Assembly: GCF_900232105.1 (NCBI RefSeq)
Contig: NZ_LT934425.1
Span: 2,070,001-2,102,000, forward strand
Direction: 5' to 3'
Source: Candidatus Kuenenia stuttgartensis
GTDB taxonomy: Bacteria > Planctomycetota > Brocadiia > Brocadiales > Brocadiaceae
DNA: 32,000 bases
The position numbers were made by a program, and so were the translations under genes. The notes under the pieces were generated by a model. The model ran no database searches. It was not told where the DNA came from and saw nothing but the letters and a program-made list of their open reading frames with translations. Positions 17,522-27,681 of this stretch are shown here, piece after piece (position 1 is the stretch's first letter; the number at the start of each line of letters is the position of its first letter).

Positions 17522-18916
17522 TTAGGTCATAGACTTGGGAGATAATAATGTATCCACCTGCGCTTTCGTAAGTATCTTTTTCTCGAGGATAATTTCCTTT
17601 ACAGACCGCCCGGTTTTCATAGACTCCTTCACTACTTCCGCAGCATTTGCATAACCAATAATTGGGTTTAATATCGTAACAATCCCCAAACTTTTCACTG
17701 CATAATCCTCACACTTCTCCTTATTTACGGTAATCCCCCGCACACATTTTTCATCAAACACTTTCACGGCGTTTGTAAGGATTAAAATAGAATCCAGTAT
17801 TTTATGCTGAATCAACGGCATCATGACGTTTAATTCAAATTGACCCGCCTGTGCTGCAAGCATGATTGATGTGTCGTTGCCAATAACTGAAAAACACACC
17901 ATCGTTAACATTTCCGGAATAACGGGATTGACCTTGCCTGGCATAATAGAAGATCCGGGTTGTACCGCAGGCAGGTTAATTTCCGCCAGTCCCGTATTTG
18001 GCCCGGAATTCATCAGCCGCAAATCATTAGCGATGCGTATCAGCTCCACGGACAAAGCGCGAAGCGCCCCGGAAAATTCCACAAACGGCCTGTTGCTTTG
18101 CATGGCTTCAAAACGGTTTTTTGATGCGACAATATCAAGTCCGGTAATCTCTCTCAGATATTCAATCATCTTCGGTATATACCCTGGAGGTGTATTGATG
18201 CCGGTACCCGCAGCGCTTCCCCCTATGCCTGATTCCTTCAATGATTCACCTGCCTTTTCAATACCCATGTTTGCTTTCCGCAAAGATTCTTTATACCCGG
18301 AAAATTCCTGCCCCAGACGAATGGGAACAGCGTCCTGCAGGTGTGTGCGGCCTGATTTCACAATAGTGTCAAATGCCTTTGCTTTAAGGTCAAATGAATC
18401 CGTTAAATCAGATACATTTGCAATCAGTTTTCTTGATGAAAGCAACGCGGCTATGCGCATGGCGGTGGGATATACATCATTTGTGGATTGTCCGCAGTTT
18501 ACGTGGTCATTTGGATGAACAAGAGAGTAGTCGCCTTTTTCCCCGCCCAGCATTTCAATCGCAATATTGGCAATTACTTCATTCACATTCATATGGTGTG
18601 ATGTCCCTGCCCCTGCCTGATAAACATCAACACAAAACTGTTCCTGAAACTCGCCTTTCAATATGCGGTCGCATGCTTCAGTAATCGCCTCGCCAATTTT
18701 TCTGTCAAGGCGCCCTGTTTCGCTATTTACCATGGCAGCGGCCTTTTTGACGTAAACAATTGCAGTGGTAAAAATTGGCTGGGACGTACTGTCACTAATT
18801 GGAAAGTTTTCGATAGCCCTTGCTGTTTGTACGCCATAATAGGCATTCGCAGGTATTTTCATCTCGCCCAGATAATCTTTTTCTTTTCGAAACGATATTG
18901 TTTGTTTATCGCTCAT
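17522..18916 (-). CDS. aspA: Aspartate ammonia-lyase (fumarase/aspartase superfamily)
   Basis: MSDKQTISFRKEKDYLGEMKIPANAYYGVQTARAIENFPIS, GQSTNDVYPTAMRIA, GSSIMPGKVNPVIPEM signature. The ORF track extends to 18940, but the internal ATG at 18916 is more likely. Confidence 0.85.
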   Translation of the reverse strand: MSDKQTISFRKEKDYLGEMKIPANAYYGVQTARAIENFPISDSTSQPIFTTAIVYVKKAAAMVNSETGRLDRKIGEAITEACDRILKGEFQEQFCVDVYQAGAGTSHHMNVNEVIANIAIEMLGGEKGDYSLVHPNDHVNCGQSTNDVYPTAMRIAALLSSRKLIANVSDLTDSFDLKAKAFDTIVKSGRTHLQDAVPIRLGQEFSGYKESLRKANMGIEKAGESLKESGIGGSAAGTGINTPPGYIPKMIEYLREITGLDIVASKNRFEAMQSNRPFVEFSGALRALSVELIRIANDLRLMNSGPNTGLAEINLPAVQPGSSIMPGKVNPVIPEMLTMVCFSVIGNDTSIMLAAQAGQFELNVMMPLIQHKILDSILILTNAVKVFDEKCVRGITVNKEKCEDYAVKSLGIVTILNPIIGYANAAEVVKESMKTGRSVKEIILEKKILTKAQVDTLLSPKSMT

Positions 18917-18930
18917 TTTGAAATTATAAG

Positions 18931-18955
18931 GATTTCTCAAAAAACTAAAGTGTTA
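18931..18955 (+). repeat. Copy 4 of dispersed AAAAAACTAAAGTGTTAC element
   Basis: TTTCTCAAAAAACTAAAGTGTTACC. Confidence 0.7.
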
Positions 18956-19005
18956 CCAACTATTACCCATACGGTGAAATGCAATGATTTCCCTCTTGCC
19001 GTCAT

Positions 19006-19686
19006 TTAAGGAAGAATCTTCGCAACTGCCTGCCAAATCGTATCTGCAATGACATGCTCCGGCAATAAGGTGTTGTTTTTTGTGCAATCAACGGTTTTCC
19101 AATTAGGTTTCCCCTTTGCAATTTCTATAAAAGTTTCCTGTGCGGATTTCATATGATGCATATCTTCTTCGTGGATGTCTTTTTTTGCACCGGCAAGATA
19201 TTCGCGTTGCCCTTTCTTTTCTACAAGGAAATAGGCAATTTCTGCAGGTACATAAAGCAGTATACTGAGATGCGGACGTGGGATTCCAAAAACTGTATGT
19301 TCCAGTTGGTCCAACCATTGGAAGAATTGTGCCCTTTCTTCCGAATTCTTTATTTTTCCACCCTGATGAGCCATATTATCACACACATACCGGTTCGATA
19401 TAATTATTTTCCCTGCATCAATCCATGTCTGTATCTGATCTTTTTTTTCAAAGCGATCCCCTGCGTAAAGGATAGAGGCAAGGTACGGGCTTACAGCATC
19501 CGCTGCGCCGAAGCTACCCCTTAAATATTTTGCAACCATTTCGGCAAAGAAGGTCTTGCCGTATTGGGGGAAATCGATAGTCGCCACGGGATATCCCTCT
19601 TTAAGCAATCTTTCGTAAAGAAGTTTTGTTTGAACCGTTTTGCCGCTTCCGTCAATACCGGTAATAACGATAAGTTTTCCCTGCAT
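19006..19686 (-). CDS. tmk: dTMP kinase (thymidylate kinase)
   Basis: MQGKLIVITGIDGSGKTVQTKLLYERLLKEGYPV P-loop, ISNRYVCDNMAHQGGK DR(Y)-like motif. Start refined from the ORF track's 19710. Confidence 0.85.
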   Translation of the reverse strand: MQGKLIVITGIDGSGKTVQTKLLYERLLKEGYPVATIDFPQYGKTFFAEMVAKYLRGSFGAADAVSPYLASILYAGDRFEKKDQIQTWIDAGKIIISNRYVCDNMAHQGGKIKNSEERAQFFQWLDQLEHTVFGIPRPHLSILLYVPAEIAYFLVEKKGQREYLAGAKKDIHEEDMHHMKSAQETFIEIAKGKPNWKTVDCTKNNTLLPEHVIADTIWQAVAKILP

Positions 19687-19764
19687 AATACATTCTCCGT
19701 ATTGTGCCATTTTTATAATGGTCTTCTATCGTTTTGTGGAAAATATTTTGCTACTCCGGAATAA

Positions 19765-21216
19765 TCATCCTTTGATAACACACAACGGTTTCAACTGCGC
19801 AACTTTCTTGCTGATGCCTGCGTGTTGCACGACATCCACTACCTTCGTCACATCCTTGTATGCATCAGATAGTTCCTCCTCCAGAGTAGCGCGGCTGTCT
19901 GCGCGGACGAGTATCCCTTTTTCTTTCAGTTCCTGTGCGATACTCCGGCCCTTGGCCACCTTTGTAGCCTGATTTCTGCTCATGACCCGCCCCGCCCCGT
20001 GACACGTACTGCCGAAGGTATCGGAATATGCCTTCTCCGTGCCGACAAGCACATAGGAACAACGTCCCATGTCGCCCGGTATGAATACCGGCTGGCCTAC
20101 TGCTTTGTATGCGGCAGGAGTGTCGGGGTGGTTTGGAGGAAATGCGCGGGTAGCGCCTTTCCGGTGAACACACAGCCGCTTTTTCTGCCCATTCACGAGA
20201 TGGTCTTCAAATTTGGCGATATTGTGACAGGCATCATACACCAGCGATATCCTGGATTCCTTAGGACTTACGTGCAATGCCCTCTCAAAGGATTCCCTAA
20301 CCCAGTGGGTAATCATCTGCCGGTTGGCAAAGGCATAATTGGCTGCACAGGCCATTGCTGCAAAGTAATCCCGCCCTTCCGGAGAATTAATCGGAGCGCA
20401 GCATAGCTGCCGGTCAGGCAGTTCAATATTATATTTTCCGGATGCTCTAATCATTACTTTAATAAAGTCATCACACACCTGATAACCCAATCCCCTGGAC
20501 CCCGTGTGTATCATAATAGTAATACCGTCCTTTTCGAGCCCTAACGTGCGGGCAATTTTTTCGTCGAAAATCTCCGATACGTAGCCAACTTCGACAAAGT
20601 GGTTGCCGGAACCGAGGGTGCCTAACTGTGCCAGCCCCCGCTCAATTGCCCTGGTGGAAACCAGTTCCGGATCTGCTCCAAAGATGCATCCCTTTTCTTC
20701 GATATGTTCTAAATCTTCTTTTGATCCATAGCCGTGAGAAACCGCCCATTGTGCGCCGTTTTTGAGTACATTTTTTACTTCATGTTGTGATAGTTTCAAA
20801 TCCTTGCGATGCGACCCCACGCCGGAGGGAATGTTGACAAACAGGCTATCAACAATGGACTCCAGTTTGCCGGAAATCTCCACTCGACACAATCCCGTTT
20901 TGAGCAATCTTACCCCGCAGTTAATGTCGTAGCCTACTCCTCCAGGGGATACCACGCCATCCTCCATATCAAACGCAGCCACACCACCGATGGGGAAGCC
21001 GTATCCCCAATGAATATCGGGCATTCCAAGTGAATGACCAACTATTCCAGGTAGACATGCGACATTTATTACCTGTTGCAGACTTTCGTCTTTTTGTATT
21101 TCCTTCATCATCGATTCGTCGGCATATACGATGCCATCCACGTGCATCTTTCCTTCTCTGAGAATACGCCAACGGTAATCATCTATCTTTTGTATTTTGT
21201 AGTTGCGTTCATTCAT
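19765..21216 (-). CDS. rtcB: RtcB family RNA ligase
   Basis: GFPIGGVAAFDMEDGVVSPGGVGYDINCGVRLL, GTLGSGNHFVEV, MIHTGSRGLGYQVC, STCHGAGRVMSRNQA. Confidence 0.95.
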   Translation of the reverse strand: MNERNYKIQKIDDYRWRILREGKMHVDGIVYADESMMKEIQKDESLQQVINVACLPGIVGHSLGMPDIHWGYGFPIGGVAAFDMEDGVVSPGGVGYDINCGVRLLKTGLCRVEISGKLESIVDSLFVNIPSGVGSHRKDLKLSQHEVKNVLKNGAQWAVSHGYGSKEDLEHIEEKGCIFGADPELVSTRAIERGLAQLGTLGSGNHFVEVGYVSEIFDEKIARTLGLEKDGITIMIHTGSRGLGYQVCDDFIKVMIRASGKYNIELPDRQLCCAPINSPEGRDYFAAMACAANYAFANRQMITHWVRESFERALHVSPKESRISLVYDACHNIAKFEDHLVNGQKKRLCVHRKGATRAFPPNHPDTPAAYKAVGQPVFIPGDMGRCSYVLVGTEKAYSDTFGSTCHGAGRVMSRNQATKVAKGRSIAQELKEKGILVRADSRATLEEELSDAYKDVTKVVDVVQHAGISKKVAQLKPLCVIKG

Positions 21217-21286
21217 AATATCTCCGGTTTTTCTTTTAATGATAATAATTGAAGCTTACTCTGGTTTTAAGAGCAGATTTATCTGG

Positions 21287-21703
21287 CTATAAATCGAAAA
21301 TAACACGTGCTCTCCAGCGGCTGTTTTCTTGTTTTATTACCAGATTATGATGGGTTACTGCCTTTATCGCTGTTTTAATAACGTGCCTCTTTTCATCCAA
21401 TAGTTCGCCATGTATTGTTGCCTTTAACTGAAGGTCATTCATATCGTTAATGTAAAATTCTTTAAACAGCATATTTTTTATTTCATGCAAATATAATAAT
21501 TCGCTCAGCCAGTTTACGAGCAATTGTTCTTTGTCAATTCCATCCACAGCAATGATACGTGTATCTTTTTTTTCGACAGTGGAGAGATCGGCGATTATAT
21601 CAAACATGGCGAATGCGGCATTTGAGAATAATTGCGGCATTGTATCTCCGAAGATATCAATACCGATGTCTGCAGTATGATCTATTAATTTGTATTTAAG
21701 CAT
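21287..21703 (-). CDS. Archease
   Basis: KYKLIDHTADIGIDIFGDTMPQLFSNAAFAMFDIIAD, NWLSELLYLHE, IKAVTHHNLVI; adjacent to rtcB. Confidence 0.9.
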   Translation of the reverse strand: MLKYKLIDHTADIGIDIFGDTMPQLFSNAAFAMFDIIADLSTVEKKDTRIIAVDGIDKEQLLVNWLSELLYLHEIKNMLFKEFYINDMNDLQLKATIHGELLDEKRHVIKTAIKAVTHHNLVIKQENSRWRARVIFDL

Positions 21704-21786
21704 GATAGTAAGATTGATTTTACATTGTTGTTGTGTAAAAATTTTTGGTTGCAGCGCAGCCGTGTTGTGCCAGATAAAAAGAATTT

Positions 21787-22260
21787 TTACGGCGATACAA
21801 AATCGTGTTCCGGATGCCGTATGGTAAGTACCGGGCAGGACGCTTTCCGCACCACTTTTTCCGCAACACTGCCCATAAAGACATGCGCCAAACCTGTTCT
21901 GCCATGAGTGCCGAGCACAATGAGATCCGTATTGTACTCCTTTGCCGTCCTGATAATTTCTGCAAACGGAACACCCTGGACAACGACCGCTTCTACGGAT
22001 ATCTTGCCTTGTGTTTCTTCGTTTACCGATTTAAGCAGCCTGGATTTCAGCATATCAATCGTTTCTTCGTTTATAATATTTGTAGTAACAGGGATGTAGG
22101 GCAATTCAGGGTTATTTACGTCAAGAAATCGTGTATCCAATACATGCAGCAGGTAAAGTTTTGCCTGAAATTTTGTTGCAAGTTCTATTGCATAGGCCAG
22201 CGCTTTTTCCGAATAGATGGAATAATCCACCGGGCAAAGGATGTTGTTTATAGTAATCAT
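21787..22260 (-). CDS. Universal stress protein (UspA family)
   Basis: ILCPVDYSIYSEKALAYAIELATKFQAKLYLLHVLD...DLIVLGTHGRTGLAHVFMGSVAEKVVRKASCPVLTIR. Confidence 0.93.
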   Translation of the reverse strand: MITINNILCPVDYSIYSEKALAYAIELATKFQAKLYLLHVLDTRFLDVNNPELPYIPVTTNIINEETIDMLKSRLLKSVNEETQGKISVEAVVVQGVPFAEIIRTAKEYNTDLIVLGTHGRTGLAHVFMGSVAEKVVRKASCPVLTIRHPEHDFVSP

Positions 22261-22275
22261 GATTTAGGCCTTTCA

Positions 22276-24666
22276 TTAAGGTTTTTGGGAAAGGACTACA
22301 TCTATTGCCTCGTCTATTTTTTCAATATAGACGCATTGAATCTTTTCCCGGATTTCCTTGTCGATTTCTTCGAAATCGTCTTTGTTTTTCAATGGCAATA
22401 CAATTGTTTTTACTCCCGCCCTTATAGCGGCGAGGATCTTTTCCTTTACCCCTCCTATAGGCAGCACGTTACCCGTTAAAGTAATCTCACCTGTGAGTGC
22501 AACCTCCCTTTTTGCAGGCCTGCAGGTAAGCAGCGAGATAAGTGCGATGCACATGGTAATGCCTGCTGACGGGCCATCCTTTGGTATTGCCCCAGAAGGT
22601 ACATGGATATGTATTTCCGATGTGTCATAGAAGGTTTCGTCGATGCCCAGTCGTTTCGCATTACTACGAATATAGCTGAGCGAGGCGATGGCGGACTCCT
22701 GCATGATATCACCCAGTAAACCGGTGAGGGTGAGTTGTTTTTCGCCCCGCATCCTGGATACCTCTATGAAAATAATGTCGCCGCCTGTTTCAGTCCACGC
22801 AAGGCCTGTGACCACTCCAATTTTATCTTCTTCCTCGGTTACCTGGTAAAAGAATTTTCGTGGGCCAAGAAATTTTTCAACCGTTTCCGGGAGTATAATT
22901 TTTGTGACCTGAGCTTCTCCCACGATTTCTTTTGCGATTTTTCTGCAGATCGAAGCAATTTCCCTTTCTAAATTTCTTAAACCAGCCTCCCGTGTATATT
23001 CCAGAACAATTTTGGTTATTGCAGCATCCTGAAAGTCTACAGGATATTTTTCCAGGCCGTTTTCTTTTATTTGCTTCGGAATGAGAAACTGGTGTGCAAT
23101 TTTCAGTTTTTCATCCTCGCTGTATCCTGAAAGATATATCACCTCCATACGGTCTCTTAATGCGACATGGACGGTATCAAGGATGTTTGCCGTAGTAATA
23201 AATAATACATCGGAAAGGTCAAAAGCCACGTCAAGATAATGATCAACGAAGCTGAAATTTTGCTCCGGGTCCAGCACTTCCAACAAGGCAGACGCCGGAT
23301 CTCCTCTGAAATCTTCGCCAATTTTATCTATTTCATCGAGCATGAATATCGGATTGCATGCTCCCGCACGGCAGATTTCCTGCATGATACGACCAGGAAG
23401 GGCGCCGACGTAGGTGCGCCTGTGTCCCCTGATTTCTGCTTCATCTCTTATTCCTCCCAGAGAGATGCGGATAAACTTTCTGCCAAGCGCACGTGCGATG
23501 GATTTGCCCAGCGAAGTTTTGCCTGTTCCAGTAGGGCCGCAAAAGCAAAGGATCGGTCCCTTTAATTTTTCTTTCAATTTGTGCACAGCGAGAAATTCGA
23601 GTATGCGTTCTTTCACTTTTTTCAGGTCATAGTGGTCTTCATCTAGAATTTTTGACGCCTGGTTAATATCGAGATTATCTACCGTTTTCTTATTCCAGGG
23701 GATATTGATAAGGTAGTCGAGGTATGTGCGTGAGACGGTATACTCCGGTGATGCGGGATTTATATCCCTTAACCGCTCCAATTCTTTGGTGGCAACAAGT
23801 TCTACCTCCTTTGGCATTTCCGCCTTTTTGATATTTTCTTCCAGTTTGATGAATTCCGCCATATGGGGTTCGTCTTTACCCAGCTCTTTTTGAATTGCCT
23901 TCATCTGCTCTTTTAAAAAAAATTCACGTTGCGCCTTTAACATTTCCTTGGCGACTTCGTCGTTTATTTTACCTTTTAGTTCCCGTACCTGAATGTCTTT
24001 GTTGAGATAATGAAATACTATCCGCAACCGCTTCTGAGGATCAACCATTTCCAGAAGTTTTTGTTTTTCGTCAATGTGCAAGTCCAGATATACGGTGACA
24101 AGGTCGGCCATGATGGATGGATTGTTTATGGTATCAATCATCGGGATAATGTCCTTGGGAAGTGCTTTTCCCAGCATTGCGCTCAATTTGAAAAGCGTTT
24201 TGACGCTTTGTATTAATACGTCTATCGTTTCAGATTTTTCCGAGAACTCCCGGAGTTCTTCGATTTTTGCCGTGCAATACGGTTCAGTTTGCGTATATTC
24301 CGTTACTTTTATTCTCATAAGGCCTTCAACAAGGCATTTTATAGTATCGGAAGTGGATTCGAATATCCTGACAACCTTTGACGCCGTGCCAATATCATAA
24401 AAGTCTTCATGTCTCGGAGAGGCGACATGGTATTTTAATACGACGATACCGATACATTCATTTTTTGCATGGGCTTCATTTATAGCCGTTATGAGTCCTT
24501 TTCCATATAATTCTATTACACGGACAAGCCGGGGAAATACTATGTCCTCTTTTACCGGAATAATGCTAATTATTTCGGGCAAAGGGATGCTATCGCCATT
24601 CTTGTGTAAAGTAAAAGTCGTTTTTTCCATAGAGGGGTTAAGTGAGTTGTTAAATGTAACCTGCAT
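22276..24666 (-). CDS. lon: ATP-dependent Lon protease
   Basis: GPTGTGKTSLGKSIARALGRKFIRISLGGIRDEAEIRGHRRTYVGALPGRI, FMLDEIDKIG, PKDGPSAGITM Ser and KEKILAA Lys catalytic dyad. An internal start near 24630 is possible. Confidence 0.95.
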   Translation of the reverse strand: MQVTFNNSLNPSMEKTTFTLHKNGDSIPLPEIISIIPVKEDIVFPRLVRVIELYGKGLITAINEAHAKNECIGIVVLKYHVASPRHEDFYDIGTASKVVRIFESTSDTIKCLVEGLMRIKVTEYTQTEPYCTAKIEELREFSEKSETIDVLIQSVKTLFKLSAMLGKALPKDIIPMIDTINNPSIMADLVTVYLDLHIDEKQKLLEMVDPQKRLRIVFHYLNKDIQVRELKGKINDEVAKEMLKAQREFFLKEQMKAIQKELGKDEPHMAEFIKLEENIKKAEMPKEVELVATKELERLRDINPASPEYTVSRTYLDYLINIPWNKKTVDNLDINQASKILDEDHYDLKKVKERILEFLAVHKLKEKLKGPILCFCGPTGTGKTSLGKSIARALGRKFIRISLGGIRDEAEIRGHRRTYVGALPGRIMQEICRAGACNPIFMLDEIDKIGEDFRGDPASALLEVLDPEQNFSFVDHYLDVAFDLSDVLFITTANILDTVHVALRDRMEVIYLSGYSEDEKLKIAHQFLIPKQIKENGLEKYPVDFQDAAITKIVLEYTREAGLRNLEREIASICRKIAKEIVGEAQVTKIILPETVEKFLGPRKFFYQVTEEEDKIGVVTGLAWTETGGDIIFIEVSRMRGEKQLTLTGLLGDIMQESAIASLSYIRSNAKRLGIDETFYDTSEIHIHVPSGAIPKDGPSAGITMCIALISLLTCRPAKREVALTGEITLTGNVLPIGGVKEKILAAIRAGVKTIVLPLKNKDDFEEIDKEIREKIQCVYIEKIDEAIDVVLSQKP

Positions 24667-24930
24667 TTTGCAAACCCTGTTGCATAATCAGGTTAGAAAA
24701 GGTAGAATTCCCATGGTATTAGAGAAGAAAAAAACATTTTAAAAAAATATGAGCCTGTTCGTTGTTGAATATAACACAAAAATACGGTCAAAAACAGCCA
24801 AAAAACAATACAGAAATGAGCGGAAAGGGATTTCCAATCTCGTTCCCAGGCCGGAACTCCGGAACGAGCATTTTTATTTTTTCGAAAACGAAAAGGATAC
24901 TTTTGTCGTAATTCAGGATAAATCATACGA

Positions 24931-25833
24931 ATGAATTTTGTACCGGAAAAGATAGATATACTTATTCAACTTGCGATTCGGGAAGATATTGGATCGGGTG
25001 ATATCACAACGGAAAGTATTTTCCCCCCGGATTTAACGGGTGAAGGGGAATTCCTCGCAAAGGAAGATGGGGTCATCGCAGGGTTACCTGTCGTTGAGCG
25101 CTTGTTTTCAAAAATTGACAAAAATATTCTTTTAAAAAAGGGTATTTCGGAGGGGATGTTTGTCAAAAAAGGCGATGTTATAGCTTCCGTCAATGGCAAT
25201 GTTCGTCCGATACTTTCCGGAGAAAGGATTGCTTTAAACTTCCTTCAGCGGCTTTCAGGTATTGCGACCCTTACTGCGCAATTTGTTGAAGAGGTGAAAC
25301 CCCTGAAGGTGGCGGTTATGGATACAAGAAAAACAGCTCCCGGCTGGCGTTATTTGGAAAAATATGCCGTTGCTATCGGAGGGGGAGTTAATCATAGAAT
25401 GGGTCTTTATGATCAGGTGCTGGTAAAAGATAACCACCTTGATTTTATGAAAAAAGAGTTGTTGGCGGAGGAAATTGCCGGTATCAGTGTCATCGAAAAA
25501 ACGGTCTCAATGCTAAGGAGGAAAATAGGGAATCACGTTTTAATTGAAATGGAGACGCGAACGTTATCTGAGGTGGAAGATGCGATCAAAGCGGATGTTG
25601 ACGTCATATTGCTTGACAACATGGACGCCGAAAAGATAAGGTCGGCTGTTTCGCTGGTCAAAAACGGGAAGTATTGTAAGGGAGCGCATCGTCCCCTTAC
25701 GGAGGCCTCCGGGAATATTACATTAGACAATGTGAAATCAATAGCACAGACAGGCGTTGACCGGATTTCTATCGGGGCACTTACCCACTCGGCAAAGGCG
25801 CTGGATATTTCGTTAAAAATCTCCCTGCAGTGA
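24931..25833 (+). CDS. nadC: Nicotinate-nucleotide pyrophosphorylase (carboxylating)
   Basis: LAIREDIGSGDITTESIFPPD, ALNFLQRLSGIATLTA, DTRKTAPGWRYLEKYAVAIGGGVNHRMGLYDQVLVKDNH. Confidence 0.95.
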   Translation: MNFVPEKIDILIQLAIREDIGSGDITTESIFPPDLTGEGEFLAKEDGVIAGLPVVERLFSKIDKNILLKKGISEGMFVKKGDVIASVNGNVRPILSGERIALNFLQRLSGIATLTAQFVEEVKPLKVAVMDTRKTAPGWRYLEKYAVAIGGGVNHRMGLYDQVLVKDNHLDFMKKELLAEEIAGISVIEKTVSMLRRKIGNHVLIEMETRTLSEVEDAIKADVDVILLDNMDAEKIRSAVSLVKNGKYCKGAHRPLTEASGNITLDNVKSIAQTGVDRISIGALTHSAKALDISLKISLQ

Positions 25834-25854
25834 GTGGTATTCTGTTATGGATGG

Positions 25855-27120
25855 TTAAATAGCGTCAACGCCAATATCTTTTCTGTAATAAACCCCCTCA
25901 AAAGACAAACGATCAATTGCGTCGTAAACAAACGTCCTTGCCTCCTTCAAATCCTTTCCCGTGGCGGTTATCCCCAATACACGCCCCCCGTTCGTTACAA
26001 TATTGCCGTGAACGTTAGCGGTGCCGGCGTGAAATACCTGTATGTTTTTTAATGCTTTCACCGCTTGTAAGCCTGAAATAGGCAGCCCTTTCCTGTATTT
26101 GCCAGGATATCCTTTTGACGCCAATACCACGCAGACGGAATGGCTGTCGTACCATTCCAGTTCCGCTTTGTCCAATGTGTTGTTGCTTGCCGCCAGGAGA
26201 AGCGATGCCAGATCGCTCTTCATTCGTACCAGAAGCGCCTGTGTTTCCGGGTCTCCAAACCTTGCGTTAAACTCAAGCACTTTTGGCCCCGCATTGGTTA
26301 GCATTAGCCCCGCATAAATGATGCCACTGTAAGGGCGGTTTTCTCTCTTCATGGCATGGATGATTGGCACCAATATGTTTTCCTCGACATAACGCTGCAT
26401 CTCATTTGTAATGAGATGCGAGGGGGAATAGGCGCCCATACCCCCTGTGTTTGGGCCTTTATTTCCCTCGTAAATTGCTTTATGATCTCTTGCGGAAGAA
26501 AGCGGGATAATTGTTTGTCCGTCGGTAATAGCAAGGATTGACACTTCTTCTCCATGTAAACATTCCTCAATCACCACCCTATCTCCTGCGTTGCCAAATA
26601 TCCTTTCCACCATTATCTCTTGTAAGTGTTCCTTCGCTTCTTCAAGCGTTTTGCATACAAAAACACCCTTTCCTTTGGCCAGGCCATCCGCCTTGATAAC
26701 AATGGGAGCGAAACATTTCTCCAGATATTTTTCAGCCATTTTTATGTCTTCGAATACGCGAAAGTCGGCGGTGGGAATACTGTGTTTTTTCATAATGGTT
26801 TTTGCAAAGACCTTGCTTCCTTCGATAAGAGATGCCCTTTTGCTCGGTCCGAAAATATCCAGATTGCCATCCTTGAATGTATCGACAATGCCGGAAAGCA
26901 GCGGGTCTTCGGGGCCTACAACGGTCAGATCGATTTTTTGCCTGATAGCGAAATTGAACAGGCCTTCGATATTATTGACGTCAATATCAACGCATTCGGC
27001 AACTTCCGCAATCCCGGGATTTCCCGGGGCGCAAAATATTTTCTTTACTTTCGGCGATTGCGCTATCTTCCAGGCAATAGCATGTTCTCTTCCGCCGCTT
27101 CCAATAATCAATATTTTCAT
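25855..27120 (-). CDS. purD: Phosphoribosylamine-glycine ligase
   Basis: MKILIIGSGGREHAIAWKIAQSP, GPEDPLLSGIVDTF, GNKGPNTGGMGAYSP, FNARFGDPETQALLVR. Start moved from 27162 to ATG 27120, which follows an RBS-like GAAGGAAAC. Confidence 0.95.
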   Translation of the reverse strand: MKILIIGSGGREHAIAWKIAQSPKVKKIFCAPGNPGIAEVAECVDIDVNNIEGLFNFAIRQKIDLTVVGPEDPLLSGIVDTFKDGNLDIFGPSKRASLIEGSKVFAKTIMKKHSIPTADFRVFEDIKMAEKYLEKCFAPIVIKADGLAKGKGVFVCKTLEEAKEHLQEIMVERIFGNAGDRVVIEECLHGEEVSILAITDGQTIIPLSSARDHKAIYEGNKGPNTGGMGAYSPSHLITNEMQRYVEENILVPIIHAMKRENRPYSGIIYAGLMLTNAGPKVLEFNARFGDPETQALLVRMKSDLASLLLAASNNTLDKAELEWYDSHSVCVVLASKGYPGKYRKGLPISGLQAVKALKNIQVFHAGTANVHGNIVTNGGRVLGITATGKDLKEARTFVYDAIDRLSFEGVYYRKDIGVDAI

Positions 27121-27245
27121 GTGTGTTGTTTCCTTCATTGTAGTTGGATGGTATTCATACATTTAGTGATATTTAAGGTGCAAGGTTAACGCAGGTCGAA
27201 ACATTCTATCAGAATAAAAGGAAGAATGGGAAAGTTTTTTTGCCC

Positions 27246-27273
27246 TTGACAGTTTTGCATTGACTGATATACT
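27246..27273 (+). promoter_or_regulatory. Candidate sigma70-type promoter for the initiator tRNA
   Basis: TTGACA (27246-27251), 16 nt spacer, TATACT (27268-27273), located 63 nt upstream of the tRNA. Confidence 0.55.
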
Positions 27274-27336
27274 GAGTAACATGATTGCACACGAAAGATG
27301 TGCGGTTTGTTTTAAATAGGTCATTTATTTTGGCAA

Positions 27337-27413
<77 letters not shown>

Positions 27414-27420
27414 ATAAACG

Positions 27421-27455
27421 AAAGGGATTGCGGTTTTTGCCGTAATCCCTTTTTT
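27421..27455 (+). terminator. Rho-independent terminator after the initiator tRNA
   Basis: AAAGGGATTGCGG / TTTTTG / CCGTAATCCCTTT stem-loop followed by a T run. Confidence 0.85.
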
Positions 27456-27523
27456 ATTTATTGCGCTATTTTTTCTCCTGAGTGCTTGCAAATAGTGGTT
27501 GGTATATCCAAAACCAAAATTGT

Positions 27524-27652
27524 GAAATCCTAAATACGAAGCAAATACTAAATTTTAATTTTCAAATGTTCAAAACCCGGTTTTTTTCATTGGGATTCTG
27601 TATTTTGGAATTTGTTTCGTATTTTTTGTTTCGTGCTTGTTTGGTTCTGGCT
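27524..27652 (+). repeat. Long AT-rich dispersed repeat, copy B
   Basis: GAAATCCTAAATACGAAGCAAATACTAAATTTTAATTTTCAAATGTTCAAAACCCGGTTTTTTTCATTGGGATTCTGTATTTTGGAATTTGTTTCGT...TTGTTTGGTTCTGGC. Confidence 0.85.
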
Positions 27653-27681
27653 GTGCAAGTTTAGGAGGGAGGGATAATTAT

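Noticed and set aside
17862-18518. 218 aa plus-strand ORF
   Set aside because: Entirely antisense to aspA, which carries the aspartase signature. No recognisable domain.
24749-24934. 61 aa ORF upstream of nadC
   Set aside because: Lies in a divergent promoter region, overlaps the nadC start by 4 bp, spans an inverted repeat and has no domain.
26591-27189. Two ~190 aa ORFs on both strands
   Set aside because: Both overlap purD, whose frame is strongly supported; these are coding shadows.
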